The notes beneath the pieces are model-generated. The model saw nothing but the letters and a program-made list of their open reading frames with translations, did not search any database and was not told the DNA's origin. Shown in pieces: positions 36,813 through 45,774 of a DNA stretch of 64,000 bases. The DNA lies in NCBI GenBank assembly GCA_965651905.1, contig CBFGUG010000014.1, forward strand, positions 39,356-103,355, written 5' to 3'. This DNA is from an uncultured bacterium. GTDB taxonomy: Bacteria > Myxococcota_A > Polyangia > Polyangiales > Polyangiaceae. Made by a program: the position numbers and the translations under genes. Each line of letters starts with the position of its first letter. Position 1 is the first letter of the stretch.

Positions 36813-37807
36813 TGAACATCGCTGACAAAACTGGAGCTGAGACTCGTTCGATGTTGGAACCAAGACACGAGGGTGCGCCACGCCGTGGGCGGCTGCTCGG
36901 CGCGCTGACGTTCGTCGCGGCGCTCTCGGTGGGCTGCGCGTCGATCCTCGGTATCGAAGATGCGCGCTGCGACGAAACGCTGGATCCTCAGTGCGCAGGT
37001 GGTCAGCCTGACGACACTTCGGAGGACGATGACCGCGACGAAGACACGGCGGAAGCTGGCGCGGACTCGGGCCTGGCGGACGACGACGACGACACGGACG
37101 ACGCCGCCGTCACCGACGACGACACGGACGACCTCGCGGTCACCGACGACGACACGGACGACCTCGCGGTCACCGACGAAGACACCAGCGATGACACCGA
37201 CGATGACACCGACGACGATGACGCGGCGCCAGTAGATGACACGGACGACGCCGATGACGGCGCCGCGACGGACGACGATCAGGAGGCCCCCGAGCCCACG
37301 CCCGAAGAGCGAAAAGCGCTGTTGTGCGACAGCTACTGCGAGTTACTCGAGACCACTTGCGTGGACGCGGACGCACAGTTCAAGTCGAAGGTGAACTGTG
37401 CGGAAGTTTGCGAGCAGATGATGCTCAGTGAGGCCGAACTCGACGAGGACGATCCGCCGAACAACACCATCGAGTGCCGCCTGGCCGCCGTGACTGACGC
37501 AGCCGAGGCCGGCGAGGTGGCGGCCAACTGCCAACATGCAGGTATGATGGGAACGGGACAGTGTGGTGACGCGTGTGAAGTTTACTGCAGTTACATGGAG
37601 CTCTCGTGCGAGCCACAGTTCGAACAGTTGGGTGATTGCATGGCCGCGTGCGCGGAAGTACCGCGAAGTGGCGTGCCGTTCGCAGACGAGGTGCCCAATG
37701 GAGGCAATCTCGAGTGCCGCGTGAGCCATCTGCGTCTGGCGACCATCGAACGCAACCCGGGCACGCATTGTCCCCACGCGGCGGGCGCAGCGCCGTGCGC
37801 CCAGTGA
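36812..37807 (+). CDS. Lipoprotein with a hyper-acidic D/T spacer and a duplicated Cys-rich C-terminal domain
   Basis: Lipobox FVAALSVGCAS; about 100 aa of D/T/E/A; then two Cys-rich halves (C..YC....C......C..VC and C..YC....C......C..AC patterns). The ATG overlaps the upstream TGA by 1 nt (36810-36814). Confidence 0.55.
   Translation: MNIADKTGAETRSMLEPRHEGAPRRGRLLGALTFVAALSVGCASILGIEDARCDETLDPQCAGGQPDDTSEDDDRDEDTAEAGADSGLADDDDDTDDAAVTDDDTDDLAVTDDDTDDLAVTDEDTSDDTDDDTDDDDAAPVDDTDDADDGAATDDDQEAPEPTPEERKALLCDSYCELLETTCVDADAQFKSKVNCAEVCEQMMLSEAELDEDDPPNNTIECRLAAVTDAAEAGEVAANCQHAGMMGTGQCGDACEVYCSYMELSCEPQFEQLGDCMAACAEVPRSGVPFADEVPNGGNLECRVSHLRLATIERNPGTHCPHAAGAAPCAQ
37111..37170. repeat. Two perfect 30-bp in-frame tandem repeats (DDDTDDLAVT), with degenerate copies on either side
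   Basis: CACCGACGACGACACGGACGACCTCGCGGT occurs at 37111-37140 and again at 37141-37170. Confidence 0.9.
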
Positions 37808-37864
37808 GCTAACGCGCAGCGTCGTCTCGGTCGCAACGCGGCCCGACCGCGCTCTGAGTCGCCG

Positions 37865-38935
37865 TCAGGCCGAATTGGACGTGTACGCGGAGAGCTGCTC
37901 GAGCAGCTCCGTGACCTCGTCAGGGGTGCCCACCGTGATGCGCAGGGCGTCGTCGAGCAGGCGCGCCGAAAAGTAACGGACGAGAACGCCGTGATCCTTG
38001 AGGAATTGATACGCGCCCTGCGCTGCAGACACACTCGAGAATCGCGCCAGCACGAAGTTGGCCTCGCTGGGTAACACCGCGAGGCCGAGCTTCTTCAGGC
38101 CGTCAGTCAGGACCTCGCGCTGTTCGCGCACGCGCCGTGCGTTGTCGTGAACCCATGGCAGATCTCGCAACGCGGCGGCCCCCGCTGCGATCGCCAGTCG
38201 ATCCAGGTTGTAACTGTCCTTCACCTTGCGCAGACCATCTGCGATCGCAGGCGAAGAGAACAGCAACCCCAGTCGCATCCCAGCGAGGCTGAACCCTTTG
38301 GAGAAAGTACGCAGCACCACGACGTTCGGCAGCTCACGCGCCAGCTGCATTGCGTTTTCGTCCGCGAAGTCGGCATAGGCCTCGTCGATCACCAGCACCC
38401 CCCCCTGTAAACTCTCGGCCAAGCTGCGCAGCCGCTCCGTCGAGTGACGGTTGCCAGAGGGTGCGGCCGGACTCGCGATCAGCACCAAGCGAGCACTTTC
38501 GCCCCACAACTGCGGCGGTAGACTGAAGCCCGCATCGAAGTCGCACGAGCGGATGAGCGCGCCCTGGGCGTGCGCGAGCGTGTCGTACAGCGAGTACGTC
38601 GGGTACGGGTAGGCCACGTACTGCCCCGGCTCGACCATCGCTCGAAACAACAGCGCCAAGAGCTCGTCCGAGCCATTACCCGCGACGATGCCCTCGATGG
38701 GAAAATCGTAAGCGTCCGAAGCAGCGCGTCGCAGCGCCGTGGCATGCGGATCACTGTAGCGTCGCAGTGAGGCGCCTTCGCCTTCCAGCTCGGCGACAAT
38801 CGCTTGGTTCACTCGCGGACTGGGCGGATAGGGGTTCTCATTCGTGTTGAGCTTGATTACACGCGCCGTGGCGCTGGGCTGTTCCCCAGGGACGTACCCG
38901 TGCATCGCGTCGACGTTACTTCTGAAGTAGGACAT
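37865..38935 (-). CDS. hisC: Histidinol-phosphate aminotransferase
   Basis: YVPGEQP, KLNTNENPYPPSP, and a class II aminotransferase core (SKGFSLAGMRLG). The ATG at 38935 was chosen (MSYFRSNVDAMHGY). Confidence 0.9.
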   Translation of the reverse strand: MSYFRSNVDAMHGYVPGEQPSATARVIKLNTNENPYPPSPRVNQAIVAELEGEGASLRRYSDPHATALRRAASDAYDFPIEGIVAGNGSDELLALLFRAMVEPGQYVAYPYPTYSLYDTLAHAQGALIRSCDFDAGFSLPPQLWGESARLVLIASPAAPSGNRHSTERLRSLAESLQGGVLVIDEAYADFADENAMQLARELPNVVVLRTFSKGFSLAGMRLGLLFSSPAIADGLRKVKDSYNLDRLAIAAGAAALRDLPWVHDNARRVREQREVLTDGLKKLGLAVLPSEANFVLARFSSVSAAQGAYQFLKDHGVLVRYFSARLLDDALRITVGTPDEVTELLEQLSAYTSNSA

Positions 38936-39077
38936 TTCGAGAGGCCAGTCTGACACGAATAGCCACAACCCAGCCCGCTGCCAAGAGCCGCTGACGTGCT
39001 ATGCTCGCGGCCGGCCGACGCTGACGTCACCCCCTAGAAACAGCCGAGTCAATCGCCCAGCCCCCGAATCGTCTCGC

Positions 39078-40013
39078 GTGAACATCACCATCATCGATCT
39101 TGGATCCAACAGCTTTCAGCTGCTGCAAGCTCGGCGAACGGACGCGGACCGCGTCGAGCCGCTGTATTCGGCTGTGGAGTTCGTGCAGCTCGCCAACTTC
39201 GTGAGCGCGCAAGGTATTCTGGACGAGACCGGCATGGTCGCGGGAATCGAGGCGATCCAGCAGCTGCTGTCCCGCTCGCCGCCCAGTTGCAGCTCGGGCC
39301 CCGTGGCCACGGTGGCTACCTGTGCCATTCGCGACGCCAAAAACGGCGCGGAATTCGTGCGTAGGGTCGAAGAGCAGACGGGACTCAAGACCCGCGTACT
39401 CAGCGGCGAGGACGAAGCCAGCCTGGCCTATTGGGGCGCTTGTTCCGAGCTGGGAAAACCGAAAAAGAGTCTCGCCGTGGTCGATCTCGGTGGCGGCTCG
39501 ACGGGCATCGCTTGGGGAAATTCCGATCGAGTCGTTCATCGCGCGAGCGTCAAACTCGGTGTGTTGGCGTTGGCAGAGCGCTTGGCTGCCTTCATGGCCA
39601 GCAGCCCCTCGATCGCACTCGACCAAATGGCGGCCTACGTGCGCCGCACCATCGAGCCGCACGTGCTGGAGCGAGCGTCCACACCGCCGGACATGTTGGT
39701 GTTCGCGTCAGGGGTCGCTCGTGTGATCTTGTCGTTGGTTTACAGCTACGGTTTGCTCACCAAGGGCACGATGGTGCCTTCGCAGATCCTCGCTGATTTG
39801 GTCCCCCGGCTACTCGCGGCGTCGTCAGAAGACCTGCTGCAGCGCGGCGTGCCGATCAAACGATTGGCGAGTGTCGGTCCCACCGCAGTCGTGCTGGGGG
39901 TGATCACTGACTTGTTCGAGCTCGACCGCTTCGTGGTCACGCGCGCAGGCTTGCGCGAAGGCATCGTGCTGCACGCCGAACACGTGGGTGTGCAGCCTTG
40001 GCCGCTGCGCTGA
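39078..40013 (+). CDS. Ppx/GppA-family phosphatase
   Basis: N-terminal IIDLGSNSFQLL and VVDLGGGST motifs of the ASKHA-fold Ppx/GppA family. GTG start. Confidence 0.8.
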   Translation: MNITIIDLGSNSFQLLQARRTDADRVEPLYSAVEFVQLANFVSAQGILDETGMVAGIEAIQQLLSRSPPSCSSGPVATVATCAIRDAKNGAEFVRRVEEQTGLKTRVLSGEDEASLAYWGACSELGKPKKSLAVVDLGGGSTGIAWGNSDRVVHRASVKLGVLALAERLAAFMASSPSIALDQMAAYVRRTIEPHVLERASTPPDMLVFASGVARVILSLVYSYGLLTKGTMVPSQILADLVPRLLAASSEDLLQRGVPIKRLASVGPTAVVLGVITDLFELDRFVVTRAGLREGIVLHAEHVGVQPWPLR

Positions 40014-40083
40014 ACGTCCGCTGCTCGAGGTCCGGGACGCTGGGTATCGTGTACGCGCTGCACTGCCCCAGCTGCGCGAAGTC

Positions 40084-41913
40084 TCAAGCCGTAGGCTCGG
40101 ATGCCGCAGCTGTCGGCCCGTCGCCTGCTTCTGCGGCCGCAGCGTCGTGTAGTGGTAACTTCACATCGAACACGGTGCCGCTCTCGTCACTGTCCACACC
40201 GATACTGCCGCCCATGGCTTCGACCCAGTGTTTGGCAATCGAAAGTCCCAGCCCCGTTCCCCCCAGTGCACGGCTGCGCCCGGTGTCGACGCGGTAGAAG
40301 CGCTCGAAGATGCGCTGGCGGTGTTCCGGCCCGATGCCGAGCCCATCATCGCGCACGATGATCGACGCAGTGTCGCCGCTGCGACTGGCCGACACCGTTA
40401 CCTTCGACCCCTCGGGACAGTACTTGATCGCGTTGTCGACCAGGTTCCCGAGCACGTGCTGAAGTCCGCGTTGCGCCGCCACGACGACCAGATCGCTTGG
40501 CACCAGACAAATCAGTTCCGTGCGTTTCGTTCGAGCCGCTTGCGCGAAGTCGTTCATGATCGCCTCCACGCAGCGGCGCAGTGGAATCGGCTCGAGATCT
40601 ACCTCCACCGCACGCGACTCCAGATGGGAGAGCGCCAACAAGTCTTCTACCAGCGCCTTCAAGCGCTGCGCGTTGCGGCTGATCATGGCCACGAAGCCCT
40701 TGGCGGTGTCGCCCCCCGTGTCACCGATACTCTCGATCGTCTCTACCGCGGAGATGATCGCCGCGATCGGCGTACGCAGTTCGTGAGACGCGTTGGCTAC
40801 GAACTCCTGCCGAACGTTTTCCAAATGGTGTCGCTCGGTGTTGTCGACCAACACGGCTAGCACGCCGCCTTTTCGTGGCAGCCGCCGAGCGCTCGCCAAG
40901 ATCTTGCGAATCGTCGGCTTCAGCAGATTGAGCTCGCCCGTCTGAGTCTCGCCCGAAAACGCCTGATCGAGCATGTCCCTTACCGCATCGTGGTCGATCA
41001 CCTCGCGGGCGCGTTTGCCGATCGAGTTGGGCGGCAGGGACAACATCTCCACCAGCGCACTGTTCACCAGCTGCACCTTTCCGTCCGAGTCGACCAGCAG
41101 CACGCCCTCGTGCATGCTGGAGAGCACGCGGTCCAAGCGGTCCTTCTCGGCGCGCAGCTCCTGCAATATCTCCGACTGACTCTCCGCTAGGCGGTCTATG
41201 GCGCGCCCCAACAGCGACAGCTCATCATTGCCCTCTGCTGCCGTTCGCGCTCCGAGATCGCCGCTCGCCATTTTGGTGGCCACTCGAGTGAGCCCTCGAA
41301 CGGCACGCGAGCTCAATTCTGCCGCAGCGATCGTGATCAAAAACGCCAAGACGACGGATCCGACCAATAGCACGAGCAGCAATTGCCGCATGAACCGACG
41401 CAGTGTGCTCGCGTCTGCAGCGTCGAGGACCACGCGAATCGATCCACTCGTTTCGTTCGGACGCCGCCACGGCACCGCGCCACTGGCACGGGTGGCCGCT
41501 CCCTCCCCCGTGAACCGTAAGCCCAGACCGCGCGCCTGAGCGTCGACCACCTCAGTGAGTTCCTGTTGGCTCGGTGCCCGCACGAGTGCGGCGGCTTCCG
41601 TCTCCGAGTCGGCAACGGGTTTACCATCTGCATCCAACAAGACCACCCGCGCCCCTGAAGCGACGCCCAACGCCTTTGCAACGGAATCCCAGTACGCACC
41701 ACGGGCCACGGGTTTTGCATCCGCTGCCAGGCGTTCCGAGACCAAGCGCAAACGCGCCACCAACTCGCGTTCTAGCTCCGCATTGCTCGCCTGTTCGACC
41801 GTGCTCCCCAGGCTGCCGTACATGAAAGCAACGCTCACCCAAAGCAGGCACAGGCTGGCGAGGAATATCCGGGCACGCACTCCAACTCTCTGGGCCATGG
41901 GCGAGCCGAACAT
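40084..41913 (-). CDS. Sensor histidine kinase (TM sensor, HAMP, PAS, HisKA, HATPase_c)
   Basis: H-box FVANASHELRTPIAAI, N-box LGNLVDNAIKY, and G-boxes DDGLGI and GTGLGLSI. No response regulator gene is adjacent. Confidence 0.9.
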   Translation of the reverse strand: MFGSPMAQRVGVRARIFLASLCLLWVSVAFMYGSLGSTVEQASNAELERELVARLRLVSERLAADAKPVARGAYWDSVAKALGVASGARVVLLDADGKPVADSETEAAALVRAPSQQELTEVVDAQARGLGLRFTGEGAATRASGAVPWRRPNETSGSIRVVLDAADASTLRRFMRQLLLVLLVGSVVLAFLITIAAAELSSRAVRGLTRVATKMASGDLGARTAAEGNDELSLLGRAIDRLAESQSEILQELRAEKDRLDRVLSSMHEGVLLVDSDGKVQLVNSALVEMLSLPPNSIGKRAREVIDHDAVRDMLDQAFSGETQTGELNLLKPTIRKILASARRLPRKGGVLAVLVDNTERHHLENVRQEFVANASHELRTPIAAIISAVETIESIGDTGGDTAKGFVAMISRNAQRLKALVEDLLALSHLESRAVEVDLEPIPLRRCVEAIMNDFAQAARTKRTELICLVPSDLVVVAAQRGLQHVLGNLVDNAIKYCPEGSKVTVSASRSGDTASIIVRDDGLGIGPEHRQRIFERFYRVDTGRSRALGGTGLGLSIAKHWVEAMGGSIGVDSDESGTVFDVKLPLHDAAAAEAGDGPTAAASEPTA

Positions 41914-42223
41914 AACCGAAACTCACCGCCGCGCCCATGAACGGCTGGTCTCGACGTCGAGCGAGTTCAATCGGGCCGCCGCATGGACACCCGTTCGTCA
42001 CAGTCGCGGCTTGGCCCGATGGCCGCGCAGCGCGCTGCGTACCCTGCACGTTCGATACGCACTAACTTGGCCGTTTCGCTGCTGAGGTGCCATCGGTGTC
42101 AGGTGTCTTTCGATAAACGGTTCCTTGTGCGGATAACGACCGGCTCAGCCGGCGCAGTAACCCACCGCGAGTGCGCGGCAGCCGAGCCGGGCGCGAACCG
42201 CACTTGCAACGCGAGGCTCTGAG

Positions 42224-43372
42224 ATGACCGATTCTCACCACGACTGTTCGATCTGCGGCGCGACGTTCGAGCCGCAATTCAGCTACCAGATTGAGCGCCA
42301 GCGACTACAGCCTGGCAACGAGCAGGTCTCGTACTTTTGCTCGCAGCATTGCCTAAGCCGCAGCCACACCCGCAAGCAAGGCGTTTGCTGTGATGCTTGC
42401 GGCGTAGCTTTCGCGGTAACGCATCCCGCTCAGGTGTTCTACCATGAAGCTCAGAGGCGCTACTGCTGCAGTCAAGACTGTCGCGATCAACTCCAGCGTC
42501 GCGCCCAAACCCCGCGCCCACCTCAGGCGGAGGTGGTTCCGGTCGTGGAAGCGCAGGCGCAAGTCAAGCGCAGTGCAGCTCGCCCGACGGATGGGCCACA
42601 AGTTATCGCAGTGTTCAATCAGAAGGGCGGTACCGGCAAAACCACCACCGCAGTGACGCTGGCCGCAGGCCTCGCGCAGAGCGGCCTACGCACGCTTCTC
42701 GTCGACACGGATGGTCAAGGCAACGTTGCAGTTTCCCTCGGGCTCAGTAAACCCAGCCGAACGCTCTATCACGTGCTGGTGATGGGCGTGCCCGCAAAAG
42801 ACGCGATCTTATCGGCGCGTCCCAACCTCGACGTGCTGGCGGCCAATGAAACCCTCGCTGCGGCGGAGCTCTACCTCGCGGGTCGACAGAACCGCGACCG
42901 CATGCTGAAGACGCGCCTCGCCTCCACACGAGACGACTACGACGCCATCGTCGTCGACTGCTCACCAAGCTTGTCGCTGCTCAATCAGAACGCGCTGGTG
43001 TTCAGTGACGCCGTCTTGTGCCCAGTGGCCTGTGACTACCTTTCGTTGGTTGGCGTTCGCCAGGTGGTCAAGACGATCAAGAACGTCAACCGCTTGTTGG
43101 GACACCCCGTGACACTTTGGGGAGTGTTACCCACCCTCTACGATCGCCGCGCGCGTATCTGCAACGAAGCCCTCGACACGCTCCGCGAACACTTTGGCGA
43201 GCGTTGCCTGCCGCCGATTCGCGCTGCAATTCGCGCTAAGGAAGCACCAGCACAAGGCAAGACGCTATTCGAGTACGGCACCGACGAAAATGTGACCCAA
43301 GACTACGCCCACACCGTGCGCCGGCTCTTGGGTGAACGCAACCAGGACCGAGAACTATTGGCAAGCGCGTGA
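42224..43372 (+). CDS. ParA/MinD-family ATPase with an N-terminal extension carrying two FCS/TRASH-like zinc-finger motifs
   Basis: CSICG...YFCSQHC and CDACG...YCCSQDC (CxxC...CSxxC twice) in the first ~95 aa, followed by the deviant Walker A VFNQKGGTGKTTT and a ParA core. Confidence 0.85.
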   Translation: MTDSHHDCSICGATFEPQFSYQIERQRLQPGNEQVSYFCSQHCLSRSHTRKQGVCCDACGVAFAVTHPAQVFYHEAQRRYCCSQDCRDQLQRRAQTPRPPQAEVVPVVEAQAQVKRSAARPTDGPQVIAVFNQKGGTGKTTTAVTLAAGLAQSGLRTLLVDTDGQGNVAVSLGLSKPSRTLYHVLVMGVPAKDAILSARPNLDVLAANETLAAAELYLAGRQNRDRMLKTRLASTRDDYDAIVVDCSPSLSLLNQNALVFSDAVLCPVACDYLSLVGVRQVVKTIKNVNRLLGHPVTLWGVLPTLYDRRARICNEALDTLREHFGERCLPPIRAAIRAKEAPAQGKTLFEYGTDENVTQDYAHTVRRLLGERNQDRELLASA

Positions 43373-43406
43373 TCGCAGGCCTTTGCACTAGAGACAGGAG
43401 GAACCG

Positions 43407-43721
43407 ATGACCGAACGAGGTGACTTGAGAGAAGCGACCGCGAGAGTGCTCGACCGCGATGAGGTTGAAGGCGTGCTGTCGGGAAGCTTTTACGCCCCCA
43501 AAGTTGCAGATGACAAACCCAAACGTGAGGCTCCCAAGAGCGACAGCAAGCCGTCACACTACAAGGTGATCTGCATTTCGATGTACATGGACGATCTCAA
43601 TCGACTCGATGGCATGGTCGAACAGCTAAAAGCTCGCGGGCTGACCAAAGCCAACCGCAGCGCGCTGATCCGCTACGCGCTGAGTCACGTCGACTTGGAC
43701 CAAGTTCCCAAAGGACTCTGA
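43407..43721 (+). CDS. Small ribbon-helix-helix (ParG/CopG-like) protein
   Basis: 104 aa with AGGAGG 5 nt upstream. It has a disordered basic N-terminus, then a beta-strand HYKVICISMY, helix DDLNRLDGMVEQLKARG, and helix NRSALIRYALSHV, which is an RHH pattern. Confidence 0.55.
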   Translation: MTERGDLREATARVLDRDEVEGVLSGSFYAPKVADDKPKREAPKSDSKPSHYKVICISMYMDDLNRLDGMVEQLKARGLTKANRSALIRYALSHVDLDQVPKGL

Positions 43722-43845
43722 GCCCGATCGCTACAGCTGCGTCTAAAACGGACGCGGCTGCGCGCAGAGAGCATGGCCCAACCGACCACGGAGCGCGCTG
43801 GCGCAGAAGTGTTTCCTCCTGCAGACTTCGCCGCTGGAGCCCCGG

Positions 43846-44931
43846 ATGACGTCCCCTGACATGCCCGTTCGATGGCCGCGAGAACCCGCTGCCCGATGTA
43901 GCCGCCGCTTGGAGATCTCCTCCGAAGCGGCGGCTCTGTTTCACGACAGCGAAGTCATCGACTTGCATGTCGACTCGTTCATCTGGACGCGCCTGTTCGG
44001 CTACGCGCTCGACCAGCGGCACGGTCCCGGTTTGATGGGCGCTCGTTTCTACAGTCAAGTCGACATCCCGCGCCTGCGTGACGTCGGCATCGGCAGCGCG
44101 ACGTGGGTGATCACGACCAATCCGCTGCGCAGTGCTCGCGGGCGCCGCTCGGCGTTCGCCAAGAACCTGCCTCGACTGGAAGCGCTGCTCGCCGCACACC
44201 CGAGCGATGTGGAGATCGTGCGCACGTACGACGAGTACCGTGCGTGCCGCATGCGTGGAAGACACGCCGCGTTCATCGGCATTCAGGGGGGTAACGCCGT
44301 CGACTTCGACATCGAAACGCTCGAGCTACTGGTCCCGCAGCGGGTACTACGGGTGACGCTAGTGCACCTGTATTCGTCGAAGCTGGGCACCAGTAGCGCA
44401 CCTGCGTCGAACATCCACCGCCACGCCCTCAGCGATTTCGGCGCAAGCACGGTGGAGTTTCTCAACCACCACCGTATCTTCGTCGACTTGGCGCACATCA
44501 GTCGCGAAGGGTTTCGCCTCGCGCTCGAACGACACGACTCGAAGCTCCCGCCGATCGTCACCCACACGGGAGTTTGCGGGGCGTACGAACATTGGCGAAA
44601 CCTGGAAGACTGGCAAATTCGGGCGATCGCCTCACGCGGTGGCGTGATTGGAGTGATGTTCCACACTCCGTTTCTGGTGAACGGCTTGAGGCGAGGCCCA
44701 CTGTCGGCGATCGTCGATCACCTGGAGCACGTGATCCAGGTCGGTGGTGAACATGCTCCAGCGCTGGGCAGCGATTGGGATGGCGCAATCATCACGCCAC
44801 GGGACATGCCCACGTGCCTCGAACTTCCGAGGCTGGTTCAGGAGATGCTGAACCGCGGCTGGACCGAGTCCAGAATCCGCAACGTGCTGGGGGAGAACTT
44901 CCTGCGCAGTCTACGTGACCTACGGGGCTGA
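43846..44931 (+). CDS. Membrane dipeptidase (peptidase M19)
   Basis: IDLHVDS, VDLAHIS, PIVTHTG and ALGSDWDG motifs match the renal-dipeptidase family. Confidence 0.8.
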   Translation: MTSPDMPVRWPREPAARCSRRLEISSEAAALFHDSEVIDLHVDSFIWTRLFGYALDQRHGPGLMGARFYSQVDIPRLRDVGIGSATWVITTNPLRSARGRRSAFAKNLPRLEALLAAHPSDVEIVRTYDEYRACRMRGRHAAFIGIQGGNAVDFDIETLELLVPQRVLRVTLVHLYSSKLGTSSAPASNIHRHALSDFGASTVEFLNHHRIFVDLAHISREGFRLALERHDSKLPPIVTHTGVCGAYEHWRNLEDWQIRAIASRGGVIGVMFHTPFLVNGLRRGPLSAIVDHLEHVIQVGGEHAPALGSDWDGAIITPRDMPTCLELPRLVQEMLNRGWTESRIRNVLGENFLRSLRDLRG

Positions 44932-44946
44932 CTCGTACCAAATAGC

Positions 44947-44973
44947 AAAGGCGACGCACGGGGCATCGCCTTT
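44947..44973. terminator. Hairpin between convergent genes
   Basis: AAAGGCGA / TCGCCTTT with an 11-nt loop, followed by a second CCAGAGC / GCTCTGG hairpin. Confidence 0.35.
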
Positions 44974-45015
44974 CCGAGCCAGAGCAGGCAGTTGGGCTCT
45001 GGTGGGTGTACTAGC

Positions 45016-45744
45016 TCAGGACTCGCTGGCGTAGAGGTATGCTTCGTACGACTCGGCAAGTTCCTCTAGCGGAACGGCTTCGGGTTCGTCTTCTTCGTCG
45101 GCGTCCGCATCCGAGTAGATGTCGTCACTCGTGTCCTCGTCACCCCGACTGGCCTTGGTGCCCCCGAGACGTTCCTTCTCTTCGTCACTCAGATCAGGCA
45201 AGCGCCGACGCCCCTCGGGCCCCGCGTCGACGAACTCGCTCAAGATGTCCATGCCCTTGGTGGCCTGCAGTTTGGCGAGGGCGCGGACCTCTACCTGCCG
45301 AATGCGCTCGCGAGTGAGATTCATGATTGCTCCAACGTCTTCCAGGGTGGTGCCGCAACGATCGGCGATATCCAGGGCGCAAGATTCGCCCATCTCCCAG
45401 ACCTCGAGGTCGGGAAAGTTCAGCTTGATGGCACCCGTCCGCGGCGAGACGTCGACGTAGAGGTGGTGCTGACACGAGACGTAGGGGCACGGCCTGGGCC
45501 CTTCGACACACTGCGAACGCGTGCGGGGCTTCCAGTAGTCCGTCTCGGGGAACAACATCCGCCCGAGCTCCAGTTCTCGCTTGGTCATGCGCTTGACGCT
45601 AATCGTCCGTGCGCGGACCGGACGCTTGCGTCGCGACCGTCGCTGCTCACGAGTGATGCTTCGGTCCGCGCCGTCCACGTCCTGGGCGATCACTTTTGCG
45701 TTGCCTATCGAATGGTGTTCTGCCGTGCCGTTGTTCATCGTCAT
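45016..45744 (-). CDS. DNA-binding protein with a sigma-70 region-4-like HTH only, a CCCH cluster and an acidic tail
   Basis: Basic N-terminus ([12 protein letters not shown]); [16 protein letters not shown]; [26 protein letters not shown] (region 4.2-like); D/E-rich C-terminus. No region 2 is present. Confidence 0.65.
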   Translation of the reverse strand: MTMNNGTAEHHSIGNAKVIAQDVDGADRSITREQRRSRRKRPVRARTISVKRMTKRELELGRMLFPETDYWKPRTRSQCVEGPRPCPYVSCQHHLYVDVSPRTGAIKLNFPDLEVWEMGESCALDIADRCGTTLEDVGAIMNLTRERIRQVEVRALAKLQATKGMDILSEFVDAGPEGRRRLPDLSDEEKERLGGTKASRGDEDTSDDIYSDADADEEDEPEAVPLEELAESYEAYLYASES

Positions 45745-45774
45745 TTCTGCCTGCTCCCGTGCTGCTGCCTGACC

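Noticed and set aside
42086-42103. A sigma54-like element on the minus strand (TGGCACCTCAGCAGC) upstream of the histidine kinase gene.
   Set aside because: The GG-N10-GC spacing fits, but the -12 region is CAGC rather than TTGC. I judged it too weak to report as a feature.
41983-42222. A 79-aa ORF ending 2 nt before the ParA-like gene, containing CHRC...HREC.
   Set aside because: It is Arg/Ser/Ala-rich with no SD-like sequence and weak codon bias. The Cys/His pattern is too sparse to call a zinc ribbon. It is left uncalled pending conservation analysis.
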